Assembly (NCBI GenBank): GCA_024231215.1
Contig: JAAEQR010000072.1
Coordinates: forward strand, 449,210-513,209
Direction of reading: 5' to 3'
Length of the DNA stretch: 64,000 nt
From: PVC group bacterium
Lineage (GTDB): Bacteria > Omnitrophota > Gorgyraeia > B26-G9
Part shown: piece by piece, positions 28,177 to 38,584 of the stretch
Layout of the letters: every line of letters begins with the position of its first letter
How positions within the stretch are numbered: the stretch's first letter is position 1
The notes under the pieces: model-generated
The model's database searches: none
Told to the model about the DNA's origin: nothing
Seen by the model: the letters and a program-made list of their open reading frames with translations, nothing else
Translations under genes and position numbers: made by a program

Positions 28177-28994
28177 ATACACTGTTAATGAAAAGAATTG
28201 TAACTGCAATTTCTGTGATTTTATTTGTGAGCTGGGGATTATTTTTTTTACCGGCCTGGGTTTACGCTGGAGTCGTAGTTTTTTTAATTGGCATGGGATT
28301 GTATGAGTTTTACTCTCTGATTGAAAAAAAAGGAATTTTTATTTACAAATATTTTGGAATACTTATGGGTATGCTTATTCCGCTAAGTATTTATTTTCGT
28401 TTTGAACCAACCAAAGGCTGGGAACTTTTTTTTATAGTTACCGCCACATTAATCTTTTTTGTCCTGCAATTTATACGCAAGGATAGTTCTCAAGCGATTG
28501 TTGGTATTTCTACGACTTTTTTTGGTATATTTTATGTAAGTTGGTTTTTTTCCTTTTTAATAAAGATAAGATTTTTGCCGCAGGGAATGTATTTGGCAGC
28601 ATTTTTGCTTTTAGTTACAAAAATCGGAGATGTTGGCGCTTATACCATAGGTAGTATGTTTGGAAAGCGTTTATTGATTACCAGAATTAGTCCGAAAAAG
28701 ACATTAGAAGGTGCTATCGGAGGCTTAATATTTAGCATAGCGGCGGCGTTAATAAGTAAATTATATTTGCCCTATATCTCCATTCTTCATCTTGCGGCTA
28801 TGGGTGCACTTATTGGATTGCTGGCGCAAATTGGTGATTTGTGTGAATCTTTGATTAAGCGTGATTGTGAGGTTAAAGATAGCGGAAATTATCTCCCGGG
28901 CTTGGGAGGAGTGTTGGATATTATAGACAGCATTATTTTCACTAGCCCGATTTTTTATTTTTATATAATTCATTTTAACTTAATCCCCTCGTAG
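28173..28994 (+). CDS. cdsA: Phosphatidate cytidylyltransferase
   Basis: ISPKKTLEG, GDLCESLIKR, KDSG..LPG.GGVLD. Confidence 0.96.
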   Translation: MNTLLMKRIVTAISVILFVSWGLFFLPAWVYAGVVVFLIGMGLYEFYSLIEKKGIFIYKYFGILMGMLIPLSIYFRFEPTKGWELFFIVTATLIFFVLQFIRKDSSQAIVGISTTFFGIFYVSWFFSFLIKIRFLPQGMYLAAFLLLVTKIGDVGAYTIGSMFGKRLLITRISPKKTLEGAIGGLIFSIAAALISKLYLPYISILHLAAMGALIGLLAQIGDLCESLIKRDCEVKDSGNYLPGLGGVLDIIDSIIFTSPIFYFYIIHFNLIPS

Positions 28995-29016
28995 GGGCAC
29001 AGCGTGCTGTGACCTT
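28991..29016 (+). repeat. GTAG-type REP-like palindrome
   Basis: GTAGGGGCACAGC-GT-GCTGTGACCTT imperfect hairpin; its TAG is the cdsA stop codon. Confidence 0.6.
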
Positions 29017-29026
29017 GGACAGCCCC

Positions 29027-30181
29027 ATGAAGAAAATTTCTATTTTAGGTGCAACTGGTTCTATCGGCACTAATACATTAGATGTGATTAGCAAAAGACC
29101 TGTTGATTTCAGGGTCATTGGTCTTAGTGCCTATAGCAATATGAGGTTACTGGCTAAGCAAATAAAATTATTTAAGCCAAAGTTAGTTAGTGTGAAAGAC
29201 CAGGATAGTATCCGAGAACTGGAGAAATTGACGGATTTATCAGGGATTCGGGTATATACTCAAGAACAAGGACTGAGTAAGATTGCTACACACCGGGAAA
29301 CCGAGATCCTGGTGGTGGCTACTAGCGGGACGATAAGCCTGGTCCCGACATTGTTGGCAATTGAACAAGGCAAAACAATTGCTTTGGCGAATAAAGAGCC
29401 GTTAGTGATGGCTGGAAAAATTGTGATGGAACGGCTCAGGAAATCCAAGGGCAAGATTATTCCGGTGGATTCTGAGCATAGTGCTGTATTCCAGTGTTTG
29501 CAGAATTCAGATATCAATACGGTTAAAAATATATATCTGACCGGCAGCGGTGGGCCTTTTCGGGAATTTTCTAAACAAAAATTAAAAACAGTAAGTTTAG
29601 AGATGGCTTTAAAACACCCTAAATGGAAAATGGGCCGGAAAATAACTATAGATTCGGCAACGTTAATGAATAAAGGCCTTGAAATCATTGAGGCGCGCTG
29701 GCTTTTTGATATAGCGCCTGAAAAAATTAAAGTCGTAGTGCATCCGGAAGCGATTATTCATTCAATGGTTGAGTTTTATGACGGTTCTGTTTTATCTCAG
29801 ATGGGAGTAACTGATATGCGTTTACCGATACAGTATGCTTTAGATTATCCGAATCGTCGACCAAATCATTTGAAGGCTGTAGATTTTTTTGCGCTTAAAA
29901 AACTTACTTTTTTTAAGCCGGATGAAAATAAATTCCCCTGTCTTAAAATAGCTAAAAAAATTGCAGCAGAATCAGGGACAGGCGGGTGTGTAATGAACGC
30001 AGCGAACGAAGTGGCGGTAAATGCGTTCTTAACTGGAAAAATCGGATTCATGTCGATATCGAAGATAATCGAAAGCGTGCTTAAAAGGCACAAGCGGATG
30101 AAATCTCCGACATTGGACCAAATATTTGAATGTGATGATTGGGCAAGAAGGGAGGCGCGGTTACTTTGTTATCAACAATAG
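29027..30181 (+). CDS. dxr: 1-deoxy-D-xylulose 5-phosphate reductoisomerase
   Basis: LGATGSIG, LANKE, PVDSEH, MGRKITIDSATLMNKGLE. The ATG at 29027 is preferred. Confidence 0.97.
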   Translation: MKKISILGATGSIGTNTLDVISKRPVDFRVIGLSAYSNMRLLAKQIKLFKPKLVSVKDQDSIRELEKLTDLSGIRVYTQEQGLSKIATHRETEILVVATSGTISLVPTLLAIEQGKTIALANKEPLVMAGKIVMERLRKSKGKIIPVDSEHSAVFQCLQNSDINTVKNIYLTGSGGPFREFSKQKLKTVSLEMALKHPKWKMGRKITIDSATLMNKGLEIIEARWLFDIAPEKIKVVVHPEAIIHSMVEFYDGSVLSQMGVTDMRLPIQYALDYPNRRPNHLKAVDFFALKKLTFFKPDENKFPCLKIAKKIAAESGTGGCVMNAANEVAVNAFLTGKIGFMSISKIIESVLKRHKRMKSPTLDQIFECDDWARREARLLCYQQ

Positions 30182-31257
30182 CATTTATTTTCGTGTTAAG
30201 TATTTTAGTTGTAGTGCATGAGTTTGGACATTTTATTGTAGCCAAACTTATGAAGGTAAGAGTGGAAACTTTTTCTGTTGGTTTTGGAAAAAAACTCATT
30301 TCTTTTACTCGTGGAGATACAGAGTATTGTGTTTCGGCGATTCCCTTAGGTGGTTATGTGAAAATGTCTGGAGACAATCCGGAAGAAGAACGACAGGGCA
30401 ATTCATGGGAATTTCTATCTAAGCCTGTAGGTGAACGTGCAGCGATTGTTGCGGCCGGACCATTGTTTAATTATATATTTGCGTTTATTGTGTTTAGTAT
30501 AGTTTTTTTTATTGGATTTTCTGTTCCGACGGCTAAAATCGGAGAAATTGTAGCTGACTATCCTGCGCAAACAGCTGGGGTGCAAGAAGGGGACAGGATT
30601 GTTTCTATTGCCGGTGAAAATGTGAAAACATGGGATGAATTATCGGCTATAATACAGCAAAAGACACAGAATATTCCGGTTAGCTTTGAAATAGAACGAA
30701 AAAATATACTACAGAATGTAATGATAACTCCTAAGGTTATAGAAGAGAAAAATCTATTTGGAGAAGATATTAAAATTGGGGTGATTGGAATTAGACAATC
30801 CAGTGAAGTAACGTTAGTTCGTTTTGGAGTTGGAGAGTCTGTGATTAAAGGGGCTCAACAGGTTTGGATGGTTACACATGTGACGTATAAAATGTTATCC
30901 AAAGTATTTACCGGACAGATGTCTATGCGCAAATCAATTGCCGGACCGATTGGGATATTCAAGATTACCGGAGATGCCGCAAAGACAGGCTTTTCCTCAT
31001 TATTGCAGATTATGGCATTGTTGAGTGTAAGTTTGGCGATTATAAATCTTTTTCCGATACCTGTACTTGACGGAGGACATCTGGTTTTTATGTTTATTGA
31101 AAAGATAAAAGGGAAACCAGTAAGCATCAAAACTCAGGAAGTTGCAACCCGGATCGGATTTGCTTTACTTTTGGCTTTGATGGTTTTTACTGTCTATAAT
31201 GATTTACTGCGATATGATTTTTTTCAAAAAGTTTGTGGCTTTTTTACAAAGAAATAA
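30166..31257 (+). CDS. rseP: RIP metalloprotease RseP
   Basis: HEFGH, PLGGYV, PDZ domain, NLFPIPVLDGG. TTG start at 30166 follows GGAGG. Confidence 0.95.
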   Translation: MLSTIAFIFVLSILVVVHEFGHFIVAKLMKVRVETFSVGFGKKLISFTRGDTEYCVSAIPLGGYVKMSGDNPEEERQGNSWEFLSKPVGERAAIVAAGPLFNYIFAFIVFSIVFFIGFSVPTAKIGEIVADYPAQTAGVQEGDRIVSIAGENVKTWDELSAIIQQKTQNIPVSFEIERKNILQNVMITPKVIEEKNLFGEDIKIGVIGIRQSSEVTLVRFGVGESVIKGAQQVWMVTHVTYKMLSKVFTGQMSMRKSIAGPIGIFKITGDAAKTGFSSLLQIMALLSVSLAIINLFPIPVLDGGHLVFMFIEKIKGKPVSIKTQEVATRIGFALLLALMVFTVYNDLLRYDFFQKVCGFFTKK

Positions 31258-31263
31258 TTAGCA

Positions 31264-32328
31264 ATGAAAATAAAACGAAGAAAGACAAGAAAAATATTTA
31301 TAGGTAATGTTCCGGTTGGCGGAGGCAGTCCTGTTTCTATACAGTCGATGACTAAGACTGATACCCGGGATGTAGCAAAAACTGTAAGTCAGATCAAAAG
31401 GCTAGAGCAAGCTGGTTGTCAGATCGTCAGAGTCGCGGTTGAAGATGAGGCAGCGGCGCGAGCTATAGCTAAGATCAAAAGAAAAATTAAAATCCCGTTG
31501 GTGGCAGACATTCATTTCCATTATAAACTGGCTCTTTTAGCTATGGAAAATGGAGCGGACAAGATCAGATTGAATCCCGGTAATATCCAAAAACGAAGTC
31601 AAATTGAAGCTGTAGTAAATACAGCCAAAAAATATAAGGTGCCAATACGAATTGGTCTTAATTCCGGGTCGGTTAAGAGAACTCCAAAGAAAACATTGGT
31701 TGATGATCTAGTAGCTGCTGCAGTATCCTATCGTGACCTTTTTCGTGAATTAAAGTTTAATAAAATAATTTTTTCTTTAAAAACTCCGGATGTGTTGACT
31801 ACAATCGAAGCATATCGGCGTATGGCAAAATTGACTGATGCTCCTATGCATTTGGGGGTAACTGCTACTGGTTTGCCGCAGAATGGGATTATAAAAACAA
31901 GTATTGCCCTGGGAACATTATTACTTGAAGGAATTGGTGATACTATCCGTGTTTCATTAACTTGCGATCCTGTAGATGAGGTGATCGCAGCTCGGGAAAT
32001 GTTACAAGCACTTTCCCTTCGTAATTTTGGAGTGGAGGTAATATCCTGCCCGACATGTGGTAGATGCAAGCTGGATCTTATGAATATAGTAAAAAAGGTT
32101 GAAAAAAAATTATCTGAAATAGAATATCGCAATACTAAGAAGAAGATAACAGTTGCGGTTATGGGATGTGTGGTTAACGGTCCGGGAGAAGCTAAGGAAG
32201 CAGATATTGGTGTTGCCTGGGGCGGTAAAACAGGTATACTATTTAAAAAGGGAAAACAAATACGGTTAGTTAATGAGAAAGAATTAATTAAAACATTATT
32301 TGAGGAGGTAAGCAATGAAATGGTCTGA
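31264..32328 (+). CDS. ispG: HMBPP synthase IspG
   Basis: QSMT, ADIHF, RLNPGN, GDTIRVSL, CPTCGR, MGCVVNGPGE. Confidence 0.97.
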   Translation: MKIKRRKTRKIFIGNVPVGGGSPVSIQSMTKTDTRDVAKTVSQIKRLEQAGCQIVRVAVEDEAAARAIAKIKRKIKIPLVADIHFHYKLALLAMENGADKIRLNPGNIQKRSQIEAVVNTAKKYKVPIRIGLNSGSVKRTPKKTLVDDLVAAAVSYRDLFRELKFNKIIFSLKTPDVLTTIEAYRRMAKLTDAPMHLGVTATGLPQNGIIKTSIALGTLLLEGIGDTIRVSLTCDPVDEVIAAREMLQALSLRNFGVEVISCPTCGRCKLDLMNIVKKVEKKLSEIEYRNTKKKITVAVMGCVVNGPGEAKEADIGVAWGGKTGILFKKGKQIRLVNEKELIKTLFEEVSNEMV

Positions 32329-34057
32329 ACTTTTACTTCCTACTTTGAAGGAAACCCCGGCAGAAGCAGAGGCAATAAGCCATATTCTGATGATCCGGGC
32401 GGGGTTAATCCGTAAACTTACCTCGGGAGTGTATTCTTACTTGCCCTTAGGATTTCGAGTCTTAAAGAAGGTAGAAGATATCATTCGGCAGGAAATGAAT
32501 GATAAAGGAGCGCAGGAGGTATTGCTCCCGGCAATTCAGCCGGCTGAACTCTGGATGAGAAGTGGGCGTTTTGAAGCGTTGGGTGAGGATATGATCACGT
32601 TTACGGATAGACATAAGAAACTGAATGTTTTAGGGCCAACACATGAGGAAGTTATTACATCATTGGTGAAAAATGAAGTCAGTTCATATCGTCAGCTGCC
32701 ATTAATTATCTATCAGATCCAGACCAAGTTTCGGGATGAAGCAAGGCCTAGGTTTGGGGTGATGCGTTCGCGCGAATTTATTATGAAAGATGCCTATAGT
32801 TTTGACCGTGACTGGGAAGGGTTAGATAAAAGTTATCAGAAGATGTACGATGCATATTGCCGTATATTTAACCGTTGTGGATTGAAGTTTCTTCCGGTAG
32901 AAGCAGATACCGGGATGATGGGTGGAGATACATCGCATGAATTTATGGTTTTAGCTGAAAATGGGGAAGATCGTATCGCACGATGTAAAAAATGTAATTA
33001 TGCTGCTAGTATGACTAAGGCTGAATGCGTTTTACCAGATATACCCTTGCGGGCACAGGCCAGTGGACAGATACTAGATTCCAGAGAAATAGAGAAGATG
33101 AAGACTCCGGGGGTTAGTTCTGTAAGAGATGTTGCGGAATTTTTAAAAGTAACTTCGGAGAAATTGATTAAGACTATACTCTATGAGAAAGATGGTAAAC
33201 CGGTAGCTATTCTGGTAAGGGGTGATCATGATGTTAATGAAACTAAATTGACGCATGTGTTAAAAACAAATCAGCTTGTAATGGCGGATGAAAAAATGAT
33301 CAAGAATATAACTAAAGGTCCTATGGGGTTTAGCGGTCCGGTAGGTTTAAAAGGTGTTGAAATTATTGCGGATCTGTCGCTTAAACAAGGGGAAAACTGG
33401 ATTATTGGGGCGAATGAAGCAGACACGCATTTTAAAAACGTTAATATTGGAAGAGACTTTGAGGTTTTGCATTGGGCAGATGTACGGAATATTACAGAAT
33501 CAGATACATGTCCTAAGTGTAATGAAAGTATTGAGATTAGTTCTGCGATTGAGGCAGGGCATGTTTTTAAGTTGGGAACAAAATACACCGATAGTTTAGA
33601 AGCCGATATCCTAGATGAAAAAGGAAAGAGTTCTAGGATTATCATGGGGTGTTATGGGATCGGCGTAACTAGAATAGTTGCGGCATGTATTGAGCAAAAC
33701 TACGATGATCACGGGATTATTTGGCCGATAGAGATTTGCCCTTTTCAGGCGGTTGTGATGCCTCTTAATCCGGATCATGATGCTTCGATTGCTGAGGCTC
33801 AGAAGATATACAACCAGTTGCAGGATGCCGGGATTGAGGTGCTTTTTGACGATCGGAATGTCCGGGCAGGTATAAAATTTAAAGATGCTGATTTGATTGG
33901 TTTCCCGATCCAGATTATTATTGGAGAAAAGAGCTTGGCTCAGAATCTCATAGAGATGAAAGTTCGTAATACGGATGATCGCAGTAAAATAAAGAGTGGA
34001 GAGGTATTGAACGCTGTACTTCAGAACATAAAAAATTTATATAAAAATAATAAATAA
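32315..34057 (+). CDS. proS: Proline--tRNA ligase (with INS editing domain)
   Basis: GPTHEE, KFRDEARPRFG, MGCYGIG, anticodon-binding domain. Confidence 0.97.
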   Translation: MKWSELLLPTLKETPAEAEAISHILMIRAGLIRKLTSGVYSYLPLGFRVLKKVEDIIRQEMNDKGAQEVLLPAIQPAELWMRSGRFEALGEDMITFTDRHKKLNVLGPTHEEVITSLVKNEVSSYRQLPLIIYQIQTKFRDEARPRFGVMRSREFIMKDAYSFDRDWEGLDKSYQKMYDAYCRIFNRCGLKFLPVEADTGMMGGDTSHEFMVLAENGEDRIARCKKCNYAASMTKAECVLPDIPLRAQASGQILDSREIEKMKTPGVSSVRDVAEFLKVTSEKLIKTILYEKDGKPVAILVRGDHDVNETKLTHVLKTNQLVMADEKMIKNITKGPMGFSGPVGLKGVEIIADLSLKQGENWIIGANEADTHFKNVNIGRDFEVLHWADVRNITESDTCPKCNESIEISSAIEAGHVFKLGTKYTDSLEADILDEKGKSSRIIMGCYGIGVTRIVAACIEQNYDDHGIIWPIEICPFQAVVMPLNPDHDASIAEAQKIYNQLQDAGIEVLFDDRNVRAGIKFKDADLIGFPIQIIIGEKSLAQNLIEMKVRNTDDRSKIKSGEVLNAVLQNIKNLYKNNK

Positions 34058-34123
34058 AGTATAATATTAATGTAAATTATTTAATATATAGATATTGATA
34101 AAGCGGTCTTAGAGAAAAAACGA

Positions 34124-34152
34124 TTGACATTTTATCCGTTTTATGTTAAAAA
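34124..34152 (+). promoter_or_regulatory. Putative promoter of the pil operon
   Basis: TTGACA-17 nt-TAAAAA with an extended -10 TG. Confidence 0.45.
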
Positions 34153-34218
34153 AGTATTATATCGGAAAAGTCGAAACAATAGGGGAAAAAGGACTTTACA
34201 AAAAAACGGATTTTAAAA

Positions 34219-35880
34219 ATGCTGACTTTTTATAAAAGTTCGGTAGGGATTTATATAGGCCCTAAATCAATACAGTTGGCTCAGTTGAAGTCAGTGGCCG
34301 GCCGTATTCAATTGACTAACTTTGTTCACGTTGATATTCTCGAGGATGAAATTAGCTCTGAATCAGCTACCCAAGAGTCTCTCATTCATAATGCTCTCCG
34401 CAAAGCCGTTAATAAAGCTAAAATTGATCTAAAAAAAGTTAATACTGTACTTATGCCTGGAATGGTGTTGTTGCGCTATTTCCAAATGCCTAAGATTTCT
34501 GCCGAAGAGATGGAAGAAGCAGTTCGATTTGAAGCAAGGAAATATATTCCTTTTCGTTTAGAAGAAGCAGTAACCGGATTCTATATTCTTAAAGATGATC
34601 CGGAAAACAGAAAAGTAGGGATTCTTTCTTTAGTTACCAAAGAAGAATCTATAAAAAATCATTTATCTGTCCTGAATAAAGTAAACATCAATCCAGTAGC
34701 AGTGGAAACTGCGTCTTTTGCGCTTATCCGTCTTTTAGAATATTCTCAAGAAATAGAAAAGGAAGAGTCGAATGTAGTAATATACATTTATGCTCAGAGA
34801 GTAAATATTGTTATTTTAAAAAATGGAGTACCGTATTTTGTAAGAGATATCTCTTTGGGCAGAAGAGAAGAATGGCTAGATGATGAGACCGCAGCATTAC
34901 TTTTGGAGGATGGTGGAGAGATGTCTGATAGTCGGATGGCTATTTTAGAGAATCTCTTAAGTGAACTTCGAATTTCCCTTGAATATTATAAAAAAGAATT
35001 AGGAAAAGAGCAAATAAATAAGGTGATCTTGTGTGGTGAAATAGATGATTTTGATGATTTGGAAGTTGTTGCTCAAGCGGCACAAGAAGAACCGGACGCT
35101 GAATCACCTTTATCTGTATATTTGAAAAAGAAATTGAACTTACCGGTTGTTACCATAGATCCTCTTAAAACCATTCAAACTCCCAAAGCAAAACCTTTGC
35201 CATATACATTTCCGATGCTGGCAATAACCGTTGGTGCTGCGCTAAGAAATCTTACCAAATCCACAGTAGAAATAGACCTTTTTAAAGCGCGGAAAAAGAC
35301 AAGTATAAAAAAGAAGATTTTTATTAATAAAATGATGGTTATTGAAGGGTCAGCTTTGCTTATAAGTCTTATTGTTCTGTTTTTTCTGTTTTCCATTTTT
35401 GTTTCAAATGAAAAAAGTCTTTTGGAAAAAGAAAAACAAAATAGGCCTAAGTTTATGGAGCTAAGCCATTTTAAAAATAAACAGTTGAAAGAGGGCGAAA
35501 AGCAGATTGATAAACGCTTAAAAAAATACAAAGCAATGGTTTCAAAAAGAGTTTATCTTACCCCTAAATTAAATGTTTTAGCCAAATCTGTCCCCAAGGG
35601 TATCTGGTTCTCAGACTTAAACTATGGTGTGATAAAGATTCCTGGGAAAGGGAAGCAAAAGATAGGAAAAATTTTAAAGTTAAGTGGCAGGGTTTTTGTT
35701 GAGAAAAAAGGAACAGAGATTGAAATAATAAATAAATTAACAGAGGATTTGAAGAAGAACGAAGACTTTTTTGAGGGCTTTAAGGTTATAAAGACAGGTT
35801 CTGTAAAGAGAGAAGAATATATGGTCATCCCTGTAATGGGATTTTCCTTGCAGTGTTCTTCGGATATTTCAGGACAATAG
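34219..35880 (+). CDS. pilM: Type IV pilus alignment protein, PilM-PilN fusion
   Basis: PilM features (EARKYIPF, VGAALR), then IDLF, a TM helix, and a PilN-like PKGIWF ferredoxin-like domain. Confidence 0.8.
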   Translation: MLTFYKSSVGIYIGPKSIQLAQLKSVAGRIQLTNFVHVDILEDEISSESATQESLIHNALRKAVNKAKIDLKKVNTVLMPGMVLLRYFQMPKISAEEMEEAVRFEARKYIPFRLEEAVTGFYILKDDPENRKVGILSLVTKEESIKNHLSVLNKVNINPVAVETASFALIRLLEYSQEIEKEESNVVIYIYAQRVNIVILKNGVPYFVRDISLGRREEWLDDETAALLLEDGGEMSDSRMAILENLLSELRISLEYYKKELGKEQINKVILCGEIDDFDDLEVVAQAAQEEPDAESPLSVYLKKKLNLPVVTIDPLKTIQTPKAKPLPYTFPMLAITVGAALRNLTKSTVEIDLFKARKKTSIKKKIFINKMMVIEGSALLISLIVLFFLFSIFVSNEKSLLEKEKQNRPKFMELSHFKNKQLKEGEKQIDKRLKKYKAMVSKRVYLTPKLNVLAKSVPKGIWFSDLNYGVIKIPGKGKQKIGKILKLSGRVFVEKKGTEIEIINKLTEDLKKNEDFFEGFKVIKTGSVKREEYMVIPVMGFSLQCSSDISGQ

Positions 35881-35899
35881 AGTAATTTTATAATAAGGA

Positions 35900-36445
35900 T
35901 TGAGAAATATGATAGGGTCAGGGTTTTCTTTACCTAAAGAAATTAAAAACACATTAGCTATTGGTGTTACTATTTTTGTTGTTGTTCTCTTTTTTGGCGG
36001 GCGGTTTATATATAAACGGAGTTTGAAGAAATTAATCGGATACAAAAAACAACGTTCTCGTGTAGAATTGGAGAATAAGGTTGGAAAAAAACTAGCTGAA
36101 CTGCAAAAGATTCGTGAGAATATGCCTATAATTAAAGAAAGTGCTCATTTTTTATCGGAAGTTGCGAAAGTAGCGGGTGCGCTTAATATGAACATGGTTT
36201 CAATATCAGCTCAACCGGTTGAGAGAAGAAAAGATATGGTGAAATTTTCCGTGCAGATGGAACTGGATACCACATATCATCAACTCGGGGCGTTTATTAG
36301 TAAGATAGAAGGGGGCGATTTATTTGTCAACGTGGATGCATTGGATATTAGGTCTAAATCTAATCAGGAAACAACGAAGGCTGCGATTGTAGCAGAGATA
36401 ACTGTGCATACCTTTTATTTGACAGATACTGATTTGGAGAAATAA
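35900..36445 (+). CDS. pilO: PilO-like protein
   Basis: TM, coiled coil, and TTYHQLGAFISKIE motif. Confidence 0.8.
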   Translation: MRNMIGSGFSLPKEIKNTLAIGVTIFVVVLFFGGRFIYKRSLKKLIGYKKQRSRVELENKVGKKLAELQKIRENMPIIKESAHFLSEVAKVAGALNMNMVSISAQPVERRKDMVKFSVQMELDTTYHQLGAFISKIEGGDLFVNVDALDIRSKSNQETTKAAIVAEITVHTFYLTDTDLEK

Positions 36446-36915
36446 TGAGGAAAACATTTGCAATTTTACTTACAGTTATATTTATTTTTTCGCTAGCAGC
36501 ATCTATTGATGCTGCTCCTAAAAAGAGTAAGAAGAAAAGTAAAAAAGAAACGTCAAAAAACATCGGTAAAAAACAACATGGTGCAATAAAATACACAGGT
36601 TTTGAGGCAAAACGTGATCCATTCGGTGTGCCAGCGATAATTGAGAAGATGCTTCTAAAGCCAGATATAGCTATTGGTGCGGGGCAAGAAGAAGTAATTA
36701 AACTTCCATCGATATTTGTGCAAGGGATTATCTGGTCTAAAAGAAGGCCTCAGGCTATTGTAGATAATAATGTGCTGAAGGTGGGCGATTATATTAAAGA
36801 ATTTGAGATAAAAGAAATAAAAAGAAAAAGCATTGAATTATTTTATAAAGGAAAGACATTTTCTGTGCCTGTAGCAGGTACAAGTTCTACAAGTAAAAGT
36901 AAAAGTAAAAAATAA
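36445..36915 (+). CDS. PilP/GspC-HR-like protein
   Basis: Signal peptide, RDPF motif, VQGIIW...AIV...LKVGD; lies between pilO and the secretin. Confidence 0.65.
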   Translation: MRKTFAILLTVIFIFSLAASIDAAPKKSKKKSKKETSKNIGKKQHGAIKYTGFEAKRDPFGVPAIIEKMLLKPDIAIGAGQEEVIKLPSIFVQGIIWSKRRPQAIVDNNVLKVGDYIKEFEIKEIKRKSIELFYKGKTFSVPVAGTSSTSKSKSKK

Positions 36916-36932
36916 AGATAAGGAGTGTAAAG

Positions 36933-38567
36933 ATGAAAAGGATTTTCAGGTTACTGGTATTTGTTTTATGCCTATGCCTTATCGGGGTTTTGACTCCATT
37001 GCCGATGCTTTTAGCGCAGGCTACGTATGAGATTGAAGACGATGCTGATATTTCAGAATCTGAACTGGAAGATGATGGATTGGTATCGTTGGATTTTAAG
37101 GATGCGAATCTAAAAGATGTCTTAAAAGTCTTTTCACAACAGTCTGGCTTAAATTTTGTGGCAACACAAAATATTCAGGATAGACCGGTAACTCTTTACA
37201 TGGAAGAGGTTAAAGTTGAGAATGCATTACAGGCGTTACTAGCCTCAAATAATCTAGGTTTGGAACAGTCTCCGGGGAGCAATATTATTATTGTTAAGGC
37301 TCAGCCTGTTCCCCCGGTACAAACAAAAACTAAAGTGTATAAAATGCGTTATTTTCACGGGAACGTTTCTCCCGGACAATATCTTATGCAAAAGGGAAGT
37401 GTTGCTCAGGGGAGCGGGATGAATTGGGAAGCGATTATACGTCCTTTATTGAGCGAAGTAGGCACTTTGGTGAATTATGCTAATTTATTGGTTATTACTG
37501 ATGTTCCCGCTAGATTTAAACTTATTGACCAGGTGATCGCGGAGATTGATCGGCCGATTCCTGAAGTAATGTTAGAAGTGGAATTGATTGAAACAACTTC
37601 GGATTTCTTAAAAGATGTGGGGGTAAAATGGGGCAAAGAATTTGCTAAATTTACCGGGCCTAGTACTATTAGCTCGATGCCTTATGCTCATTGGAAAAAA
37701 CCTGGTAATGAAGGGTATATGCTACCAAGCAGTATGGCGGATGGTACACGTTTTCAATACGGATTGATGAGTTCTGCAGGGCTTAGTTTTCTTCTGGAAA
37801 TGCTTGAATCAGATACCAGTACAAAATTTTTATCAAAACCGAGAATACTTTGTCAGGATCGGGAATGGGCAGAAATCAAAATAACAGCGAATCAGATAGT
37901 TTCAATTAAGACTACGGTAACAGAGACAACTACGGAAACAGAAGTAGAAAGAATGGAAGTAGGAACAATTTTAAGGATTGTGCCGTTAATCAATGAAGAA
38001 GAGGGATTTGTATCATTGCTCTTAGAGCCTAGTATTTCACGACCAAAAGATTCTCCATTTACAGCTCCTGCGGCAATGGGGGGAGCAAATTATGTTGATC
38101 CGCAAAAACGCAGTATGAGAACAACGGTTATGATTAGAGATGGCGATACGGTTGCGGTAGGAGGTTTTATTACTACAGAAGACCAGGAGAGTTCGACTAA
38201 AGTTCCTTGGTTAGGTGATATTCCTTTATTTGGGATGTTTTTTAGACATAAGTCAATAGACAGGATAGATAAAGAGCTTATGATTTTTATTACGCCTAAG
38301 ATTATACGGCCGACAGATAGGATGGAGATGTGGGTTGATAATGTATCTACAGGCGGGGAACAATCAATGGCGGCTAAGCCTGTTGAAAAAGAAGATAAAT
38401 CTGAAAAGCTAATAGAAAAACTTAAGATCGAATCTAAAGCTAAACAAGAACCGGTAGCAATCAAACCCCAGCCGGTTAAAGCGCTTCCCTTTAGAGAGCA
38501 GGACGATTTAAAGTTAGATCTTACAATGCAAAGCCCGGGAATGATCGGTGTAGATTTATTAAAGTAA
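36933..38567 (+). CDS. pilQ: Secretin (PilQ/GspD family)
   Basis: N0/STN domain SLDFKDANLKDVL; KVPWLGDIPLFG..F; ELMIFITPKII. Confidence 0.9.
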   Translation: MKRIFRLLVFVLCLCLIGVLTPLPMLLAQATYEIEDDADISESELEDDGLVSLDFKDANLKDVLKVFSQQSGLNFVATQNIQDRPVTLYMEEVKVENALQALLASNNLGLEQSPGSNIIIVKAQPVPPVQTKTKVYKMRYFHGNVSPGQYLMQKGSVAQGSGMNWEAIIRPLLSEVGTLVNYANLLVITDVPARFKLIDQVIAEIDRPIPEVMLEVELIETTSDFLKDVGVKWGKEFAKFTGPSTISSMPYAHWKKPGNEGYMLPSSMADGTRFQYGLMSSAGLSFLLEMLESDTSTKFLSKPRILCQDREWAEIKITANQIVSIKTTVTETTTETEVERMEVGTILRIVPLINEEEGFVSLLLEPSISRPKDSPFTAPAAMGGANYVDPQKRSMRTTVMIRDGDTVAVGGFITTEDQESSTKVPWLGDIPLFGMFFRHKSIDRIDKELMIFITPKIIRPTDRMEMWVDNVSTGGEQSMAAKPVEKEDKSEKLIEKLKIESKAKQEPVAIKPQPVKALPFREQDDLKLDLTMQSPGMIGVDLLK

Positions 38568-38584
38568 TTATTGAAAGATAGAAA

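Noticed and set aside
31728-32315. 195-aa antisense ORF over ispG and the many other short antisense ORFs in the track
   Set aside because: Shadow frames of well-conserved genes, with no motifs or RBS.
33035-33090. GC-rich ACCCTTGCGGGCACAGGC stretch in the proS linker, possibly an in-frame repeat insertion
   Set aside because: Single copy in the window, in a naturally variable linker; cannot be supported without a genome-wide search.
36890-36912. AAGTAA tandem repeat
   Set aside because: Only three units, encoding a low-complexity SKSKSK tail; not convincing for phase variation.
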